From: Eimeria praecox
Taxonomy: Eukaryota
Assembly (NCBI GenBank): GCA_963920595.1
Contig: OY986946.1
Coordinates: 7,812,001-7,876,000, forward strand
DNA: 64,000 nucleotides
Direction of reading: 5' to 3'
Shown: one piece after another, positions 58,716 to 64,000 of the stretch
Layout of the letters: each line of letters starts with the position of its first letter
Numbering within the stretch: the stretch's first letter is position 1
Translations under genes and position numbers: made by a program
The notes under the pieces: generated by a model
What the model saw: only the letters and a program-made list of their open reading frames with translations
Told to the model about the DNA's origin: nothing
Database searches by the model: none

Positions 58716-58972
58716 TGCTGCAACGTTCGGACTGCTGCTCCTGCTGCCGCTGCTGCTGTTGCTGCTGTTGCTGCTGCTGCTGTTGCTGCTGCTGTTGCTG
58801 CTGCTGCTGTTGCTGATGCTGCTGCTGCTGCTGATGATGATGATGCTGTTCAAGGTGGTGCTCTTGTTGCTGTTGATGCTTCTGCTAATTCTGATGATGT
58901 TGCTGCTGCTCCTCCTGCTGCTGTTGAAGCTGCTGCTGCTGCTGATGTTGTTGTTGTTCTTGCTGGTGCTGC

Positions 58973-59003
<31 letters not shown>

Positions 59004-59279
59004 ACTGCTGATGCTGGGACTGGAGCTCGCGCTGCAGTTGTTGTGTATATCCTGCGCACTAGGGAGTACAACTGTTGATAAAAACAAGAAAAAACTTAAA
59101 CAGAATCTGTTAGATATTCAAATTGAAGAGGCAGCCGCAGCTGAGGCGGCAAGGCCTCCTTCTCACTCCCTCTGTAGGTAAAGGCAGAAGCGATGAGATC
59201 CGTGTTGATAAACCCATGAAATGAAAGAAATAACAGACAAAAAGAACAATTTAAAGATAAAAAAATACAAACTTGACCT

Positions 59280-59614
59280 CCCTTGTTAAAAAGACTCCAT
59301 GCATGCGATATAGAGGGGACATGCGTGTGCATGCGCCACGAAATCCCAGCCAATTTGTGTATTTCTGCATGCAGTGGAAAGCCCCAAAGAAATCCTCTCA
59401 AAAAAATAAACATGTAATAATTTAATTAAAAATAAGATGTTAAACCGTATAATTCGGTGTATTTGCGCTCAAAAACTTTAAGTTTCCTCTACATGATTTC
59501 CTCTCTTCGCTTCGAGCTTTCCGTAGTCGACGGAGGAAAGCTGCAAGAAAACTCCTATTTATAAGCAAAAGAGTTAATATATCTTCTTTTTATTCATGAA
59601 ATAATGTTTAAAAG
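59280..59614. promoter_or_regulatory. Probable bidirectional promoter between PRPF4 and mL41 with GCATGC/TGCATGCA motifs
   Basis: Divergent genes; TGCATGCA at 59366-59373 and further GCATGC cores near 59300-59335. Confidence 0.5.
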
Positions 59615-62585
<2,971 letters not shown>

Positions 62586-63492
62586 TTTTTAAAAAAACAA
62601 AAATTTATTTTTTTTAATTTTCTAACTTTTTTTATCTTTTTTATTTTATTATAATATTGTAAAGTATATTATAGTATAATATATTACAATATTGTATTTA
62701 AGATAGTATTTTATTATTATTTTAAATTATACTAATATTATATTATAGTATTATAATATTGTATATAAGATTGTATATAAGATAGGATTTTATTATTATT
62801 TTAAATTATACTAATATTATAGTGTAGTATGGCATAGTATAGTATAGTATATTGTAGTGTAGTATATTATACTTACTATACAATATTAAATTATATTATA
62901 TTAAACTAAATTATATTAAATAAACAGTATTTTATAATAATTTTATTAAATAGATATCGATATATTATTATTATATATTACTGCTATTATACTTTTGTTA
63001 ACAAACAGGAAGAAGACCTCCTCCCTCAGCATAAAGAGAACATTTTTATATTTATTTCTTTTTTATTGTATGTATTTATTTGTTTATTTCTACTATTTAT
63101 ATTTACTTTTATTTCTATCTTCTCTATTCTCTCCCTCTTAATTGATTTTATATATATCTTTCTTTTCATATTTTCTATTATTTATTTATTTATTTTTTGT
63201 TTCTATGTTTGTTATTATTTTCTTTCTATGAAACTTCTTTTCTTTTTCTGTTTTTGTTTTCTATCAACAAAATCTACGAAGACATCAAACTTTAATTTCT
63301 TCTAATCCTCTACTCGACTCCTCGCCTACAGATTATATACATACTACGCCTACATATATATATATATACATATAATCTTAATTTATTATATATATATATA
63401 TATGTATATTTATATATATGTATATTGTATATGGTTGTGGCTGTTTCCTACATACAACTGCGTGTTTATACTTGTATATACCTCCTCTCTCC

Positions 63493-63544
<52 letters not shown>

Positions 63545-64000
63545 TGTGTATGTAAGTATGTGCATTGTTATATATACCTAAATACTTTGCTATTAGTTGT
63601 CAAAGTGTAAAAGAAGAAAATTTGATGCAGGAGTTAGTAGTTAAAGTATTACTGTAGATAAAATAAAAAGAAGAAAAAGAAAAAGAAAAAGAAAAAGAAA
63701 AAGAAGAAGAAGAAGAATAAATGTTTTGTTTATTTGTAAGAAAGTTTTTAAAATAAACTTAGGCTAGAAGAAAATATTTGGCTTCGCTGTTTGCTTATTT
63801 TCTAATAAGTTTAAAATATAGAAAATATATTTAAACCATATATTAAAAGATATATTATTATTAATTTTCCTCGACAAATAGACAAATAATAAAAACAATT
63901 GTATGTATGTATTATATAGAGAATATAATGCTTCGGGTGTATGTATGTATGTAGTATGTGTGTATCATCATTCTTCAACTTTGTTTTTTTTGTTTTTCTT

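Overview
AT-rich, intron-rich eukaryotic genomic DNA with the repeat signature of a coccidian apicomplexan (Eimeria-like): (CAG)n tracts giving poly-A/Q/S runs, interstitial plant-type telomeric (TTTAGGG)n, and TGCATGCA octamers. Manual splicing (GT-AG, phase-consistent) gives eight protein-coding genes. These are a pinin/SDK/memA-like gene (minus strand, 3' end beyond the window start), a probable mitochondrial inner-membrane protein, a START-domain protein, an unrecognised ~16-exon membrane-anchored mucin-like protein, UBL5/Hub1, an 11-exon membrane-anchored GMC oxidoreductase, U4/U6 snRNP Prp4 and mitoribosomal mL41. Most ORFs in the supplied track are microsatellite artefacts. The most striking unexplained structure is a recurrent 'splice-junction echo': in six of the eight genes an exon end plus its splice site is re-copied into the neighbouring intron. 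There are up to 16 copies, spaced by telomere-like or AT microsatellite, and in the two longest arrays they decay with distance from the exon. One echo differs from the real exon almost only at synonymous sites. Also notable are a dispersed GGTGT-N4/N8-ACACC palindrome that forms one splice donor and abuts an acceptor, and a 208-bp DUP-TRP/INV-DUP with a perfect 34-bp hairpin. Gene identities are from motif recognition only; no database searches were run.
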